A stretch of 64,000 nucleotides of DNA from the human T2T-CHM13v2.0 reference genome, Homo sapiens: assembly GCF_009914755.1 (NCBI RefSeq), contig NC_060932.1. One strand, 5' to 3'. Every line of letters begins with the position of its first letter. Position 1 is the stretch's first letter. This document shows, piece after piece, positions 18,490 to 40,938 of the stretch. The translations under genes were made by a program, and so were the position numbers. Below the pieces are notes generated by a model. It was not told the DNA's origin, searched no databases, and saw only the letters and a list, made by a program, of their open reading frames with translations.

Positions 18490-20145
18490 ACTTTGTAATA
18501 TAGCTTTTATACAATCATTTTAAAAAGAAATTTAGAAAACAAGAAAAAATATTTTATATTTACCTACATATTTACTATTTCTTTCCTTTTGACAATCTCA
18601 GTTTCTCTATAATATCATTTTCATATCACCTTGATTTTTGAAGGGTATTTTTGATGGATATGGAATTCAGAGTTAAGTTTTATCTTTCAACACCTTAAAA
18701 ATATAACTCCATTGTCTTCTAGCTTACATTATTTTTAGAAATGAGAAGACAATGAAAATTTTTGTCTGTGTTTGTGTATTTTTATTGCTTATTTTTACCT
18801 TTGGCTGCAATTAGGATTCTATATATCATTGGTTTTCAGTTATTGATTATGATAATGTATTGATTTTTTTCCCTGTTTATCCTGCTTGGGATTCATTTAG
18901 CTTTCTGCATTGTAAGTTATAGTTTTTACCAAATTCGGAATTTTTTTAGTCCTTATTCAAGTGCTTTTTCTTCCTCTGTGACTCTAACTATACGTTTGTT
19001 AGAATGCTAGATACTGTTCCATAGGTCAGTGAGGTTCTGGGTTTTTCCTCAGTTTTTTTTTTCCCATTTGTCTTTCATTTTGGATAGTTTATATTGCTGT
19101 GTCTTCAGATTCATGGATCTTTTCTTCTACAGCTAAGCTTATTTGTTCAATTTTTCCTTTCAGATGCTGTATTTTTCTGCTGTAGAAGCCATATTGGTTT
19201 CTATTTTGTATTTTCCATTTTTCTCATCATATAAATATTTTCAGTGAAATCTTTTAAAATATTTGTAATAGCATTTAAAAGGCTGTTTGTCTGCTACATC
19301 TGTCTTCTCTGTCATTTCTGGGACTCTTTGTCTATTAATCATTTTTCTCCTTGTTAGGTTTCTGTGTCTTTTTATGTGCAGTAATTTTTTATTGCATGCT
19401 GTGAATGTTATGTTGTTGTTCTGTGTTTGTGTCTGTGTGTATTTTAATTTTCTTTTGAGGTGTGTGGTTTTTTTTATTTTGGAAAGCTTCTAAATTACTT
19501 ATGCATCAGCCTAATCATTTTTAAGGGTCATTTTAAAGCTTTATTTCAGCAAGTATATAGTAGTCCTTACTTTGGGGCTAATTTAACCCTCCTACTAAGG
19601 CATTTTTTTTTCTGAGCTCTCTACTGAAAGCTCTGGATGTTCAGTGAAGCTGCTTAGAACTCCCATGTCTCCCAGCCCTATGCAAGCTCTGGGAATTGCA
19701 TCACTTACAGCTTCCTAGTAGTTGTTCTTTGCCTGGCCTCAATGGAATCTCACACTAAACATGTACAGCTTATTTGTCTAAAGACTCTTTGAGACTCCAT
19801 GCAGCTTTATGGAGTTCTATTAATATCTCTGCCTACTTTCCTCCTTGGAGGAACTCTTAGAAACCTTAGTTTCCTCAGGCTCCCCAAACCGATCTCTATC
19901 TTCTTAACTCAGTGTGAATGCCATTTTCTGCTTAGATTCCTCCTCCTCATCCTTCCATCTATATAGTATCTTTAGGCAAAAAGCTAGGGTATCTCAGGGC
20001 TTAGTCATTTTCCTTCTATCAGAGTCATAGTCCTTCCCTGCCTGCTGTGCAGTATCTGTATATAATTGTAGCATATGTCTTACTCAGTTTTCTTGATGTT
20101 TACAGCAGAAGGGTAAGTTCATTATGGCTGGAGGCAGAAGTCCCT
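18490..20145 (-). mobile_element. Old L1M fragments (boundaries approximate)
   Basis: T-rich degenerate L1-like motifs (TTTTTGAAGGGTATTTTTG, CTCCATTGTCTTCTAGCTT). Confidence 0.55.
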
Positions 20146-20468
20146 GCTAGTTTAAGTTTAATTCTGATTTATTCTTATTCAAGTAGTACTTAGTTAATGG
20201 GAATCCTGACCAGCTGATTATACAAGGTGCAATAGGGGCATGCCTCTGAGATTTGGGCTTTCGTATTGACTCGCCAGGCATACATTCCAAGTAAGTGCAG
20301 ATTGGGCCATCCTAAATCATAAGATTAGTAGCAAGACATATCAATTTTCTTAGGTTACTCTCTCATTAATTTAGAGTGAGTGAAGTTTTAAAAAATACTT
20401 TAGTTTTTCTTATACCCTCTTTAATCAGATCCCATTTTTATAAATAATGTTTTCCTTATGTGTAGTGA

Positions 20469-20612
<144 letters not shown>

Positions 20613-20778
20613 TAAGTACTTCCTTGTCAATCCTGTTGCTGAACATAACTAATACAGTTGGTGGCTCAGGGAACTGTATTCCTGCTTTCTGGTGTCCATC
20701 CAGAGAAAAGTAAACAAAGACTTGGATTCACCATGAGACATACATTTTATCTCCCAGATAAGTCCTATTTGTCTATAG

Positions 20779-20949
20779 CAGCGCTGTCCTGTGGAACTTT
20801 CTGCAGTGATGTAAATGTTCTGTAAATATGCACTATCCAGTATCCACATGTAGATATTGAACCCTTGGAATATCCCACTGTGACTGAGAAACTAAATTTT
20901 AAAAATTAGTAGCTGTATATGGCTAGTGGCTACATATTAGACACCACAG
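20779..20949. mobile_element. MER3-like hAT DNA transposon
   Basis: CAGCGCTGTCC start, TGTGACTGAGAAACTAAATTTT core; 8-bp TSD G(T/A)CTATAG. Confidence 0.8.
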
Positions 20950-21115
20950 GACTATAGCTTTTTTGCTCTCCCATAGATCTTTATCAGTGCCATCCCTAAC
21001 CCCTCTCATAAGCACACGTTTATTCTTTTATTGTAGATACTGTATAAGATTAATGGGACTAACACAGACTATGAGCACTTCCCAAGTCCAGTGGCCTTTT
21101 CTCAGCAGAGTATAA

Positions 21116-21420
<305 letters not shown>

Positions 21421-22124
21421 TGATTGCTTTTTGAATTTGTCCTCCACTGGCCTTTTCCATTGTCTTTATTATAATGGGGCTTCTCATCATTTCATTGCTT
21501 GTCTGGCTTGCTATAATCATGGTATATTTCTTTACTACCAGTCTCTTCCCCCTGTATTTTGTATTCACATTTTCACCAGAATTATCTTTCTAAGAACATA
21601 TATGTCTGCTCACGACACTCCCCAGCTAAAAATCTTAGATCATTTCCTGTCACTCTTTGGAATAAAAGCCAGAACTCACTATGGCATTCTAAACAGACTT
21701 GTCTCTGGCCATTGTTAATTAATTTATTTATTCAATAAATATTTATTGTGTACCTTATATATGCTTCGTCCTAGGGATATGATAGTGATGGAAATAGAAC
21801 AGTCCTCGTTGTTAGCTGAGCTTAAATTTTTTTACTATTCCATTTATTATTTCCATGCTTTAATTTCCATTGAACTGTTCCATGTTTCCCTAAACTTACC
21901 ATACAGCTTTCATATGTCTATGGCTGAGTTATATTGTTGTTGGAATTTTGCTGTGATGTTTTGCTTACTTCCTTTGAGATGTTTTCTCTGTAATCATTTC
22001 CTCCTCTCTGTGCCTTAAAACTTTGTTTAATCCAATCTAGTGAGAGGACAAACACTAATAAATAGATTCTAAAATGAAGGTAATATACCAATGTAGCAGA
22101 GAGAGAGAGCAGGGCATCGCGGGC

Positions 22125-22331
<207 letters not shown>

Positions 22332-22901
22332 TAACGTAACATTAAACAATCTGACTTCCCCACTTGGACCAGAAGAGTCTGGTCCGTAGCTGGTGCTTCA
22401 TGCTTGTTGAGCTGAATTATGGTACTCTTCTTTTAGTAGTCCCAGAGCATTTTTAATATTTAAGTCAGTAAATACACATTAGTTTGAGATAGAAAGAAAT
22501 ATTTATTCACAAGCTGAATCTTAGTCTGAAAAGAGATAATTACCATTTTTTAAGGTCAGGTAGTGTTGGAAATAAAGGATGAGAACTTGACTATTTTGGC
22601 AGCATTTGTTCAATGTCAATATTTGTTTTGTGAGGACTCTTCAGTCTTGTTAGAGCTTTTTATCTCATGTCCTTTAAGAACTGATTTGGTGCTGCTTTTA
22701 TTGTGTTCCTGCATATAATAGATGCTCATTAAACATGTGCCTTCCTTTACAGCTTGAGTTCCCATCAACCTTCTTCTCATACTTTATAGTACACAGTCTT
22801 ACTAAATAAGGCATTATAGGTTCCCAAATTCTACATGTTGTTTGGGCCCTTGTCCTTTACTCATACTGACCCATATGCCTTGGCTGTCTTCCTTCTCCAT
22901 C

Positions 22902-23259
22902 TGTATTAGTCCGTTCTCACTCTGCTATGAAGAAATACCTGAGACTGGGTAATTTATAAAGAAAAGAGGTTTAATTGACTCACAGTTTCCACATGGCTAG
23001 GGAGGCCTCAGGAAACTTAGAATCATGGTGGAAGGCACCTCTTCACAGGGCAGCAGGAAAGAGAATGTGTTCCAAGTGAAGGGGTAAGCCCCTTATAAAA
23101 CTATCAGATCTTGTGAGAACTCACTCACTATCATGAGAACAGCATGGGGAAAACTGTCTTCAGGATTCAGTTATGTCTACCTGGTCCCACCCTTGACATG
23201 TGGGGATTATTACAATTCAGAGTGAGATTTGGGTGGGGACACAGAGCCAAACCATGTCA
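22902..23259. mobile_element. MSTA/THE1-type MaLR solo LTR
   Basis: TGTATTAGTCCGTTCTCAC...CCAAACCATGTCA; perfect 5-bp TSD CCATC. Confidence 0.92.
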
Positions 23260-24154
23260 CCATCCTACCTTCTTAATCTCTCAGCTCCTCCTTTCCCCTG
23301 CCTCTTGCAGCAAACTCCTAATCCTTCTTCACCCATCAGCTCAGAATGTTACCTTTTCAGAGAAGCCTTCCTTGTCACTCCCACTTAGGTTCTTCTTCTT
23401 TTAAGCAGGTATAGCTTACATCACACAATTCCCAGCCTAGTAACTGATTCATTATATAACCAGGCTCACCTCTCTTGAGAGGGAGGGACTCTCATTTGAG
23501 AGCAGGGACTGACTTTATTTGAGGCTAAGCAATATTTATAGTATTGACACATGGTAAGTATATAATAAACATTGGTTGAATGAGCAATAATAATGGCTAA
23601 CATATTGCATATATTGTTCTTAGCATCTTAACATGCAGAGATAACTGTATGAGGTGGATTCATTATCAGATTACAGTAGTTCTTCAGTATATCAGCTAGC
23701 TTAATGACAGTTGAAAGATCATGCTAGCAATTGAACAAATGTATCTGGCACACCTCTGAGCACAGAGAGGATGGCTTTTCCTCTAGGCAGATTTTCTTAA
23801 CAGGTTGCTCAGTTTTTCATAGGATAATATAGACTCTGCTCAGTACAGTAATTCTATTAAGACATGAAGCAATTTAGAGTAGATACACTATAAATAAATG
23901 CCCAGGGTAGCTATGGCAATGAACTTTGTCAAAAACATCACTCAGAGAAGCAATTTTTATGTATGTTCTGTCTGAAAGAGATACAGCCCACCCATTTCTC
24001 TAAAATACATTCATGGATTAAGTCAGATTAACAGGCTATCTTGAGATTACGTGTACCCTATTCTGTAGAACTGGTTTTACTGAATTGGCCTTTGAAATGA
24101 TGCTATAAGACTATTAACGGATGTCTGATAGTTTCATAGAACTTAGCGCATTTT

Positions 24155-25176
24155 TAAAATTATACTTTAAGTTCTGGGATACATGTGCAGAATGTGCAGG
24201 TTTGTTACATAGGTATACATGTGCCATGGTGGTTTGCAGCACCCACCAACCCGTCATTTACATTAGGAATTTTTCCTAATGCTATCCCTCCCCTAGCTCT
24301 CCACCCCTTGACAGACCCAGTGTGTGATGTTCCCCTTCCTGTGTCCATGTGTTCTCATTGTTCAGCTCCCACTTATGAGTAAGAACATGCAGTATTTGAT
24401 TTTCTGTTCCTGTGTTAGTTTGCTGAGAATGACAGTTTCCAGCTTCATCCACATCCCTGCAAAGTACATGAACTCATCCTTTATTATGGCTGCACAGTAT
24501 TCCATGGTGTATATGTGCCACATTTTCTTTATCCAGTCTATCATTGATGGGCATTTGGGTTGGTTCTAAGTCTTTGCTATTAAGAACAGTGCTGCAATAA
24601 ACATATGTGTGCATGTGTCTTTATAGTAGAATTATTTATAATCCTTTGAGTATATACCCAGTAATGGGATGGCTGGGTCAAATGGTATTTCTAGTTCTAG
24701 ATCCTTGAGGAATCACCACACTCTCTCCCACAATGGCTGAACTAATTTACAGTCCCACCAACAGTGTAAAAGTGTTCCTATTTCTCCACATCCTCTCCAG
24801 CATCTGTTGTTTCCTGACTTTTTAATGATTGCCATTCTAACTGGCATGAGATGGTATCTCGTGGTTTTGATTTGCATTTCTCTAATGATCAGTGATGATG
24901 AGCTTTTTTTTTCATAGTTTGCTGGCTGCGTAAATGTCTTCTTTTGAGAAGCGTCTGTTCATATCCTTCCCCCACTTTTTGATGGGGTTGTTTGTGTTTA
25001 AGTTTAATTTGTTTAAGTTCTTTAAGTTCTTTGTAGATTCTGGATATTAGCCATTTATCAGATGGATAGATTGCAAAGCTTTTCTCCCATTCTGTAGGTT
25101 GCCTGTGCACTCTGATGATAGTTTCTTTTGCTGTGCACAAGTTCTTTAGTTTAATTAGATCCCATTTGTCAAGTTT
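24155..25176 (-). mobile_element. 5'-truncated L1PA 3' fragment (about 1 kb)
   Basis: ORF2 C-terminus plus 3' UTR; 16-bp TSD GAACTTAGC(G/C)CATTTT at 24139-24154 and 25177-25192. Confidence 0.95.
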
Positions 25177-26327
25177 GAACTTAGCCCATTTTATCTATTG
25201 CAAGGATACAGTGTCTTAAGGAGATTGTTATACTGTACAATTTTCCTTTTGTAAGTCTAGAAAGACTTAAAGCATTTTTCGTATTAGAGACAATTGTGCT
25301 TTTCCTGAGCAATTAGCTTGCTTTTTCTTTATGGGTACTGTGGATTGTGTAACTGATTAGGCTTACCTTTTTTGTATAGAGTCATGGGAAGAATAGATAC
25401 AAATTTGTGATGTGACTATTGCAGTTATATGGAACATCACACACTTCAGTACATTTAGATATTAGCCTCATTCTTGGCTCCGTTATATTTCGTTATCCTG
25501 GCTTTTCTCTCTCTTTATCTTGCTTTTTTTCTTTCCTTCTTCCTTTCAAATTATCCTGTCTTCCTCATTTGCATTATATGAATTCTTTTAAGCTACCTCG
25601 TCATTATTTGAAATTACATTAAGTATATATACACACAAATATACATATGAATGTAAATTCCTAAAATGAATTTAGATTTTAAAAGAGCTACCTGTAAAGT
25701 AAGCTTTTAAAACAAGTTCCTTTGAAGTTCTTTGTTTGCTATTAGTGTTATATTTTTCTTCAGGACATTAAGCAAGATTTTGTTAGATTCCTATTTCCTT
25801 TCAAGTTTGGTTCAACAATTATATTAAAGCCTAGTTAGACATGGATGTGGTTTATATTTTCAATCGATGTACTCTTTTACTCAAATAAAGCACTTGTGAT
25901 ATTACAGACATTGTAATCCAATGTACAGGGCTATGAGTAAAGTTATAATGAACTTTGTAACTACAAGACTGAACTCCAGAAAATGTGAGGGAAGGGCATG
26001 AAGCACTCACGTTTTTATGTGAATAATGAATACCTACTCTAAAAATGTGTATTGACATTGGACAAAAGTATATATTCTAAACTACAAATGGTAGGTGGTG
26101 TAGCATAGTGGTTAAGGACACTAAAATGTAAAGGTTAGGTTGTACAGTAGAGTGACTAAGGGTACAGACTGAAGCTAGACCTCTTGAGATTGACAAATTG
26201 GCCATATGACATAGAGAAAATGATTTAACCTCTCTGTGCCTTAGTTACATTATCTGTAATATAGGGAACAATAATAGTACCTACCTGTTGGGGTTGTAAT
26301 CTCTGGCATGTAGTAAGCATCTAGTGA

Positions 26328-26501
<174 letters not shown>

Positions 26502-28480
26502 TGAATGATTAAATAATGAAACACTGATAGGTATATTCTGGTTGTTGTGTAAAGGACTTTCCAGAGATGCCTAGGTTTAGAGCCCTGGTTCTAGGGAAGA
26601 GGCCTTTGCCTTTATTCATTATCGAATATAAGAAATAAGGAGGCGGGCAGGAATATAGCAGCTATGCAATTTCTTCATAATGTCAATTTCAGTGTCTTAA
26701 TCGTTTGGGATCTTTTATACCATCAATGTTGGCACTTTGTCTGATTTGTTTCAGTGGTCTGTTATTGTCCTGTATTTGTTAACTTTCATGACATTTTAAA
26801 GGCTCCTACATTGTCTGACATCCTTTTTTAAAAAAAATCAAGGAAATGTAACTATATTTTTAGTTTGAGAGATGCTTTGGTAACTTATTATATAGGCTTT
26901 GTCTTGTTATAGGTAGGTAGCATTTTCCTTGACTCATGCTTGTGCCCTTTCACTCTCAGTCAATTATGCATGTCATCTAACGCCCACATGTCTCTGATTA
27001 TAAGTCCTTCTGACAGCATAGATTTCACCTATAAGTAATAATCCTTGTGGATACTCATTGCAACTTGTAATTATCTCTAATGTTGTTACAGATGTTGCTC
27101 AGAATATCCACACCTTCTCTGCTCTCTCATTATCCCAAAATAACTTCACTCACACTTCTCTTGGTTTTCACCTAAAGCAAGTATTTATAATGCCAACCAG
27201 ATGTAATGTTGAAAGACCAGGAAAAATTTGGTAACTTGTTTCAGTTGTGTAAACATATTGGAAAATAATACTAAAGGACTTTTGGGTTATAGGTAGCTCT
27301 GGGTATTAAAAATAACTTGGAAATGGCCATATTAGTTTATTTAGCAGTTTAAAGGATGGGAAATAGAAACAAAAACTTCCTGAGTGATTGAAACTTGTTG
27401 ACTATCTTATTTATCTGACAATTCAATACTAAACAGTCTAATAAAATTAGTGGAAAGAAACTTAAAAACATACATTAAAACACATGATTCAGGGTGGCCC
27501 TGTCCTAAGCATATCTGAAAATAGGCTTATAGACACAAACGCTTCTCTCCAAGACCCCAATATCTAGGGAAAAATCACCTGCATTTTATTTATTTAACCT
27601 ATATTTATTGACTGTTCACTGTATCTACGGGTACTGAGAAAGATACAGAAGTATCTCTGAGAAAGTGCTTGCCACTAAGGAGTTTACAGTCTAGCCACTG
27701 AGATAGGAGTTGTACCCAAATAATAACTACTTACTGTTAAAGAGATTAAAAGAAAACTGAAGTGTAGAAACTCCCTAGCATGCACTTTTTAGAACCAGGA
27801 CTGGGACCAGTTGCAACCCCTTGTCTCTGGGCTTTATAACCTCCTGGGAAGAACTGGAGGTCTGTCATGGAGTCCCCTGAGTGTTTGTTCTGTCTTATGG
27901 CTGCATTATTGAGGAAAACTGCCACCTAAACTTCAAGGCACTAGTACAGAAAAATCCAGTTGTTTTTATTAATCAGTGCACATCCATAATTCATCTTGGT
28001 CTGTTCCTTCACATCATTGACAGAAAGCAAATTGTTTGGCCAATTTAGTTGTAGTTTTTCTCTCTCTAGAATCTAATTGAATTTCTACATACTTGTTTTC
28101 TTCCTTTTCCAATACTTTGGGATGAAAGAAAAGGAATTTCCTCTTAAATATTTCCTATGAGCCACTTTTCTGTGTTTATTAAATGAAAAGCCAGTAATAC
28201 CACTGCCTTTACCACCTAAGCTTGTACATATTTCAGGATACCTTTATATACATTTTTTCATTTGATGCTTATAACAATTTTGTGAGGTAACTAAGATAGA
28301 TATCCTCATTTTACATAGAAGAAACTAAGATTAAAAGGGTTATATTTTCCAGTGATCTATTTTTTTTTTAAGAATAATTTGGTGAAATTCTTTTTTACTT
28401 ACAAAGCCTAAGGTTTTAAGCTGCATGGCAGCATGCCATTTTATACACATTTTTTCTTGAGTAGGAAAGGAATTGATTGA

Positions 28481-28792
<312 letters not shown>

Positions 28793-28842
28793 TAATATAA
28801 AATATTATATATATTGTTTAGCCTATGACATTTATTCAGTGA

Positions 28843-35072
<6,230 letters not shown>

Positions 35073-35347
35073 AGTGATAAATTAATAGATGCAGGTTACC
35101 TTGGTAGATATACCTTTAAGATGATCTTCAATATTGGGTAGATATTTGAAATTGTGGAGATGTTAGAAATAGAATTATAAACTGAGTAAATCAATTTAGG
35201 TTTAATCATGAGTTTTATCTTTAAAATTTGGGCTTGATTTAAAGTGCCAAAGAGATATTCCATCCAATTAGTATGGGAAAATGGCTAGTGGTTCAGAAAC
35301 TTTTTAAAAGGAGTTAGTTTCAGAGTTTAAAAATTTGTTTTTTCCAG

Positions 35348-35410
35348 GTCATTAAATTTGACGGTGGAGAGGAAGTACTTATTTCAGGGGAATTCAACGA
35401 CCTGAGAAAG
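35348..35410 (+). CDS. DECR1: DECR1 exon 9 (63 nt)
   Basis: tccag|GTC ATT...AGA AAG|gtaatg; VIKFDGGEEVLISGEFNDLRK. Confidence 0.98.
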
Positions 35411-35508
35411 GTAATGCTTTTGTGTGTATAATGTAATATCAGCAGCTAGGATACTAAGCTTTAAAAACATGTAAAAAGGACATTAAATTGACATCTTTTT
35501 TGTGTTAG

Positions 35509-35568
35509 GTCACCAAGGAGCAGTGGGACACCATAGAAGAACTCATCAGGAAGACAAAAGGTTCCTAA
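35509..35568 (+). CDS. DECR1: DECR1 exon 10, coding part (stop TAA at 35566-35568)
   Basis: gttag|GTC ACC...TCC TAA; VTKEQWDTIEELIRKTKGS*. Exons 2-10 sum to 939 nt, which gives 335 aa with a 69-nt coding exon 1 outside the window. Confidence 0.98.
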   Translation, partial: VTKEQWDTIEELIRKTKGS

Positions 35569-35652
35569 GACCACTTTGGCCTTCATCTTGGTTACAGAAA
35601 AGGGAATAGAAATGAAACAAATTATCTCTCATCTTTTGACTATTTCAAGTCT

Positions 35653-35658
35653 AATAAA
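35653..35658 (+). terminator. DECR1 proximal polyadenylation signal AATAAA
   Basis: First AATAAA after the stop codon, about 85 nt downstream; a second one is at 35733-35738. Confidence 0.7.
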
Positions 35659-36858
35659 TTCTTAATTAACAAACATTCATTGAATATGTATTATGTGCCA
35701 GGCCAGTGATAGCCATTGTATATTCAAAGATAAATAAAATGAAATATAGTCCTTCAAAACATTAAAAAAAAAAAAAGGAGGCATGGGGAGAGTAGGTAAA
35801 GGCTCCTCTTTACCTATTGATAGAGGTAAAAAGTACTTAGAAGTGCAGAGAGAACAGATCTTTGTGACTTGGAAAATCAGGAGAAACTCAATGGTGGCGG
35901 TAGCATTTGAGTTACATAATATACTATACCTATATTAATAGGGCCTAAAAGAAAGAAATTAGAGGATACACACTAAATATAATAGACTTTGCCTTTCCAG
36001 TATACTTTCTTTTCACTGGACTTGTGAATTATCTTCTTTGGGTAACTCAGTATTAACTCAAACCTTTAATTTTTACTAGGACCTATTTGTAGCCAGGCAT
36101 TTTATTTAGTACTGAATAAGCTATAGCCGTTGCCCTTTTTAAATTCATTATCTAGCAAGATAGTCAAACTTATAAATAATTATTTATGATACATTGTGAT
36201 AAGTATTATTCCAGCAGTATTTAAGTGTAGAGGAGGAAGTAATTCATTCTGTCTCCAGAGTTTGGAGAATGTGATGCCTAAGAGATAGCATGCCATCCCA
36301 GCTGTAAAAGAAGAATAGATTTCTCTGGGTAAAAGAGGTAAAGAAAGCCTATAAAATATTTTTGTATATCATTTGATTAAATTTCATCTTTGGTTTGACT
36401 AATTTGTCATCCTGAAAATCAAATAATAATGAATCCAAAGTCTCAAGTCTACAGAGCTATACTTTTGAGCCTATATTTTTAAAATGTCCATTTTGCTTTC
36501 CCAGGAGTCAGTTACAACATGTTCACTAGACTGACTATCCCCATTGCCCAAGTTGACACAAGAGGAAACCAGCTTCCATCTTACCTCATCTGAATAAATC
36601 TGCCACAAGCCCATGGAAACCCCAATTAACATTGACAGTTAATTGTGTACATAAATTACATTTATTACATTTAATTGTGTATATATAGGGGATGTTATAG
36701 GTTTGGAATAAGTGGCCCAACATTTCCAATTATACTGACTTTCACTGGGCTTTTTTTTAGGCTGTTGCACTTTTTCTCCACATGCTTGCAATACAATACT
36801 CTCAAAATAAAACGCAGACAGGTACCTAGTCTCCATTTTACCTTTAGTACTAATCCTG

Positions 36859-37091
36859 TGTATTAGTCTGTTCTCATGCTGCTAATAAAGACATAACCCA
36901 AACTGGGTAATTTATAAAAGAAAGAGGTTTCATTGACTCATAGTTCAGCATGGCTAGGGAGGCCTCACAATCATGGCAGAAGGTGAGTGAGGAGCAAAGT
37001 CATGTCTTACGTGGTGGCACCCAAGAGAGCTTGTGCAGGGGAACTCCCATTTATAAAACCATCAGATCTCGTGAGACTTATTCACTATCAC
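36859..37091. mobile_element. Partial THE1-type LTR
   Basis: TGTATTAGTCTGTTCTCATGCTGCTAATAAAGAC...GTGAGACTTATTCACTATCAC; other end missing. Confidence 0.88.
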
Positions 37092-37283
37092 ACTATTGTG
37101 TTGATATTGTGTTCACACACCAATAATGATGGTTTATCACTCACTCCATTTCCAAACCCACCTTCCCACCCACCTCTCACCAAACACACAAAGACACACT
37201 CTTTCCCTCCACTGATTCCACCAGTATAGCCATATTTCTCTTTCTGGTTAAATTTATACTAAATGTTTACATTTATATAACTT

Positions 37284-37289
37284 AATAAA
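37284..37289 (+). terminator. Candidate distal DECR1 polyadenylation signal
   Basis: AATAAA followed by a T run, CA and GT-rich sequence (ccagtgttgtct); would give a 3' UTR of about 1.7 kb. Confidence 0.5.
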
Positions 37290-37454
37290 TATTATTTTTT
37301 TCCAGTGTTGTCTCAACCTTTTTTAAAAAAAAAATTCAGATTACATGATAAATCAGGTCCTTTTTTAGATAAATATTATTTTTAGTGTTCTATTGTTTTG
37401 ATGTATCATTATTTAATTTATTGGGAATAGGGTTATTTATATTTATTGTTTTTA

Positions 37455-37588
37455 TCTTTTTAAATTTTTATAGAGACAATGTCTTGCTATCTTTATCAGT
37501 CTGGTCTTGAACTTCAGATCTCAAGTGATCCTCCTGCGTTGGCCTCCCAAAGTGCTGGGGTTACAGGCATGAGCCACTGAGCCTGGCT
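37455..37588 (-). mobile_element. Alu monomer (FLAM or AluJ left arm)
   Basis: Antisense CCCAAAGTGCTGGG...GAGCCACTG. Confidence 0.85.
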
Positions 37589-37671
37589 GTTGAAAATTTT
37601 TTGTTTTTTAATGTTTTTCAAGAATGCTAATGCCTCCCTTGCCAATGCATTTTAAAATTATTATTAATATT

Positions 37672-38385
<714 letters not shown>

Positions 38386-40231
38386 AGGTTACTTTTATTT
38401 TTCAGTATTATAAATAAAACTATGAACGTTTTTATGTATAACACATTTTTAGAATTTGGAATTTTTTCCTCATTTCTAGAAGTGGTATTATTAATCAAAG
38501 TTATGAAGCTTTTAAAGTTTTTTTGATATACATATCCAATTGTTATTCCAAAGATTTGTGTGAGTTTAAACCCCCCTGAGTAATGTGTGACACTGCCCGT
38601 TTCAACAAATAGCTGCCAACAATTAAAACTATTCACCAATTTTACACGTAACGAATGATAGTACCGTTAAAAACTTATTTTATTATTAGTGAGATTGAAT
38701 ACTTTTCTACACTTTTGAATTTCCTGTTTGTCTTTTTTACCTGTTGGTATCTTAATGGGGTATTGTAAAATTTTTGGTTTGTATGAGTTTGTATGCAATT
38801 TTTTCCTCTGTTAAAGACAAAAATAGTTCTTTTAATAGTTTCTTAGTCATCTATTACATCATTATTATGTGTTATTACAAATGGTTGATGAGAAAGCAAA
38901 GCTTGCAGCATGGCAGAGAGGATCAGAGAAGAGAGATCATGGAGATATTGACTAACAGATATTTTTTCCTGAGTCTGAAAGAGAAACAAACATTGTTTAT
39001 GGGTAATCACTGTATTCTATGACAGACCACATGTGGGCTGTAACCACATCAATGTTCACCTTAAGAATTATTACTTTGTCACTCAATACCTTCTGTAAGA
39101 GTCCTGCTTCTATTGTACTAGTGGAAGAGTTAATACTCAGTAAATTAAAGATTATTGGTAACAATATCACTCATCTTACCATTAACATGTGAAACCACCT
39201 CCAGGAAATGTTTCAGGTATAGAGTGACAGCCATTGTTTCCTTATTGTTCTTGTGGAAACTAAAACAATAAGAATTTAATGACTTTGAATAATAGAATTT
39301 TAGAGCTAGAAAAGCCTTAGAAAATGCAAATTCTCAATGTTTTTATTTTACAGTTGAGGAAACTGCAGACCTAGAAAGTTATGTGACTTGCCCTAGGTCA
39401 CACAGTAAGTCAAGCTCATGTCTCTCACCCAGTTAGATATTTCTTGGGATCATAACTCAAATCAAGAGCCAATAACAGGGTTTTTAGGAGGTAACAGTTA
39501 GACATTACAAAAGCCTAGAAGAGGAGAAAGCCCATCAATTTTTTTAGCTTGTTAGTTGAAGTATGACTTCTAAAAATGCACAAATCATGAATTATTACAA
39601 TACAAATGCACTCAGGTAACCATTCTCCAGGTCAAGAAACAGAACATTACCAGGAACCCAGAAGCCTCCCTTCTGCCCACCATCGCGATTCCTTTCCTCC
39701 TTCTCACAACTAACCACTGTCTTGACTTCTAACCCCATCGTTAAGCTGTTTTGAGATTTATATAAATAGAATCACACAATATGTATTCTTCTGTTTTTTG
39801 GCTTTCTTTCTGTGTAATAATTGCTTATGCATTCTCATTGTTATATTCCATAGAATATAAGGTATATATGAATATACCACCATTTATTTGTTAGCTCTGC
39901 TCTTAGTGGACATTTGGATTGTTTCTAGTTTGAGGCTATGCCAAACATAAAGCTGCCGTGAACCTTCTATTCTTTTGGCGAAAATATATACACCTTTCTC
40001 TGTTAGATTGGTAATACCTAGAAGTGAAATTGCTGGGTTTTAGGGTATGCTTGTGTTCAAATTTAGTAGATACTGTCAAATGGCTTCCAAGACTATTCAC
40101 AATTTAACATCCCACCAAGCTGTTTGGGAACTTACACTGTGCTGCATCCTCACCAGTAGTGAGCATTGAAATTCTCTTTACTTTGAGTCATTCTGTGAGT
40201 GTGTGGTGGCATCTCATTTGTTTTAATTTGC

Positions 40232-40938
<707 letters not shown>

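Noticed and set aside
22366-22385. Perfect 8-bp hairpin GGACCAGA-agag-TCTGGTCC
   Set aside because: Several stems of this size are expected by chance in 64 kb, and it has no other ncRNA hallmarks.
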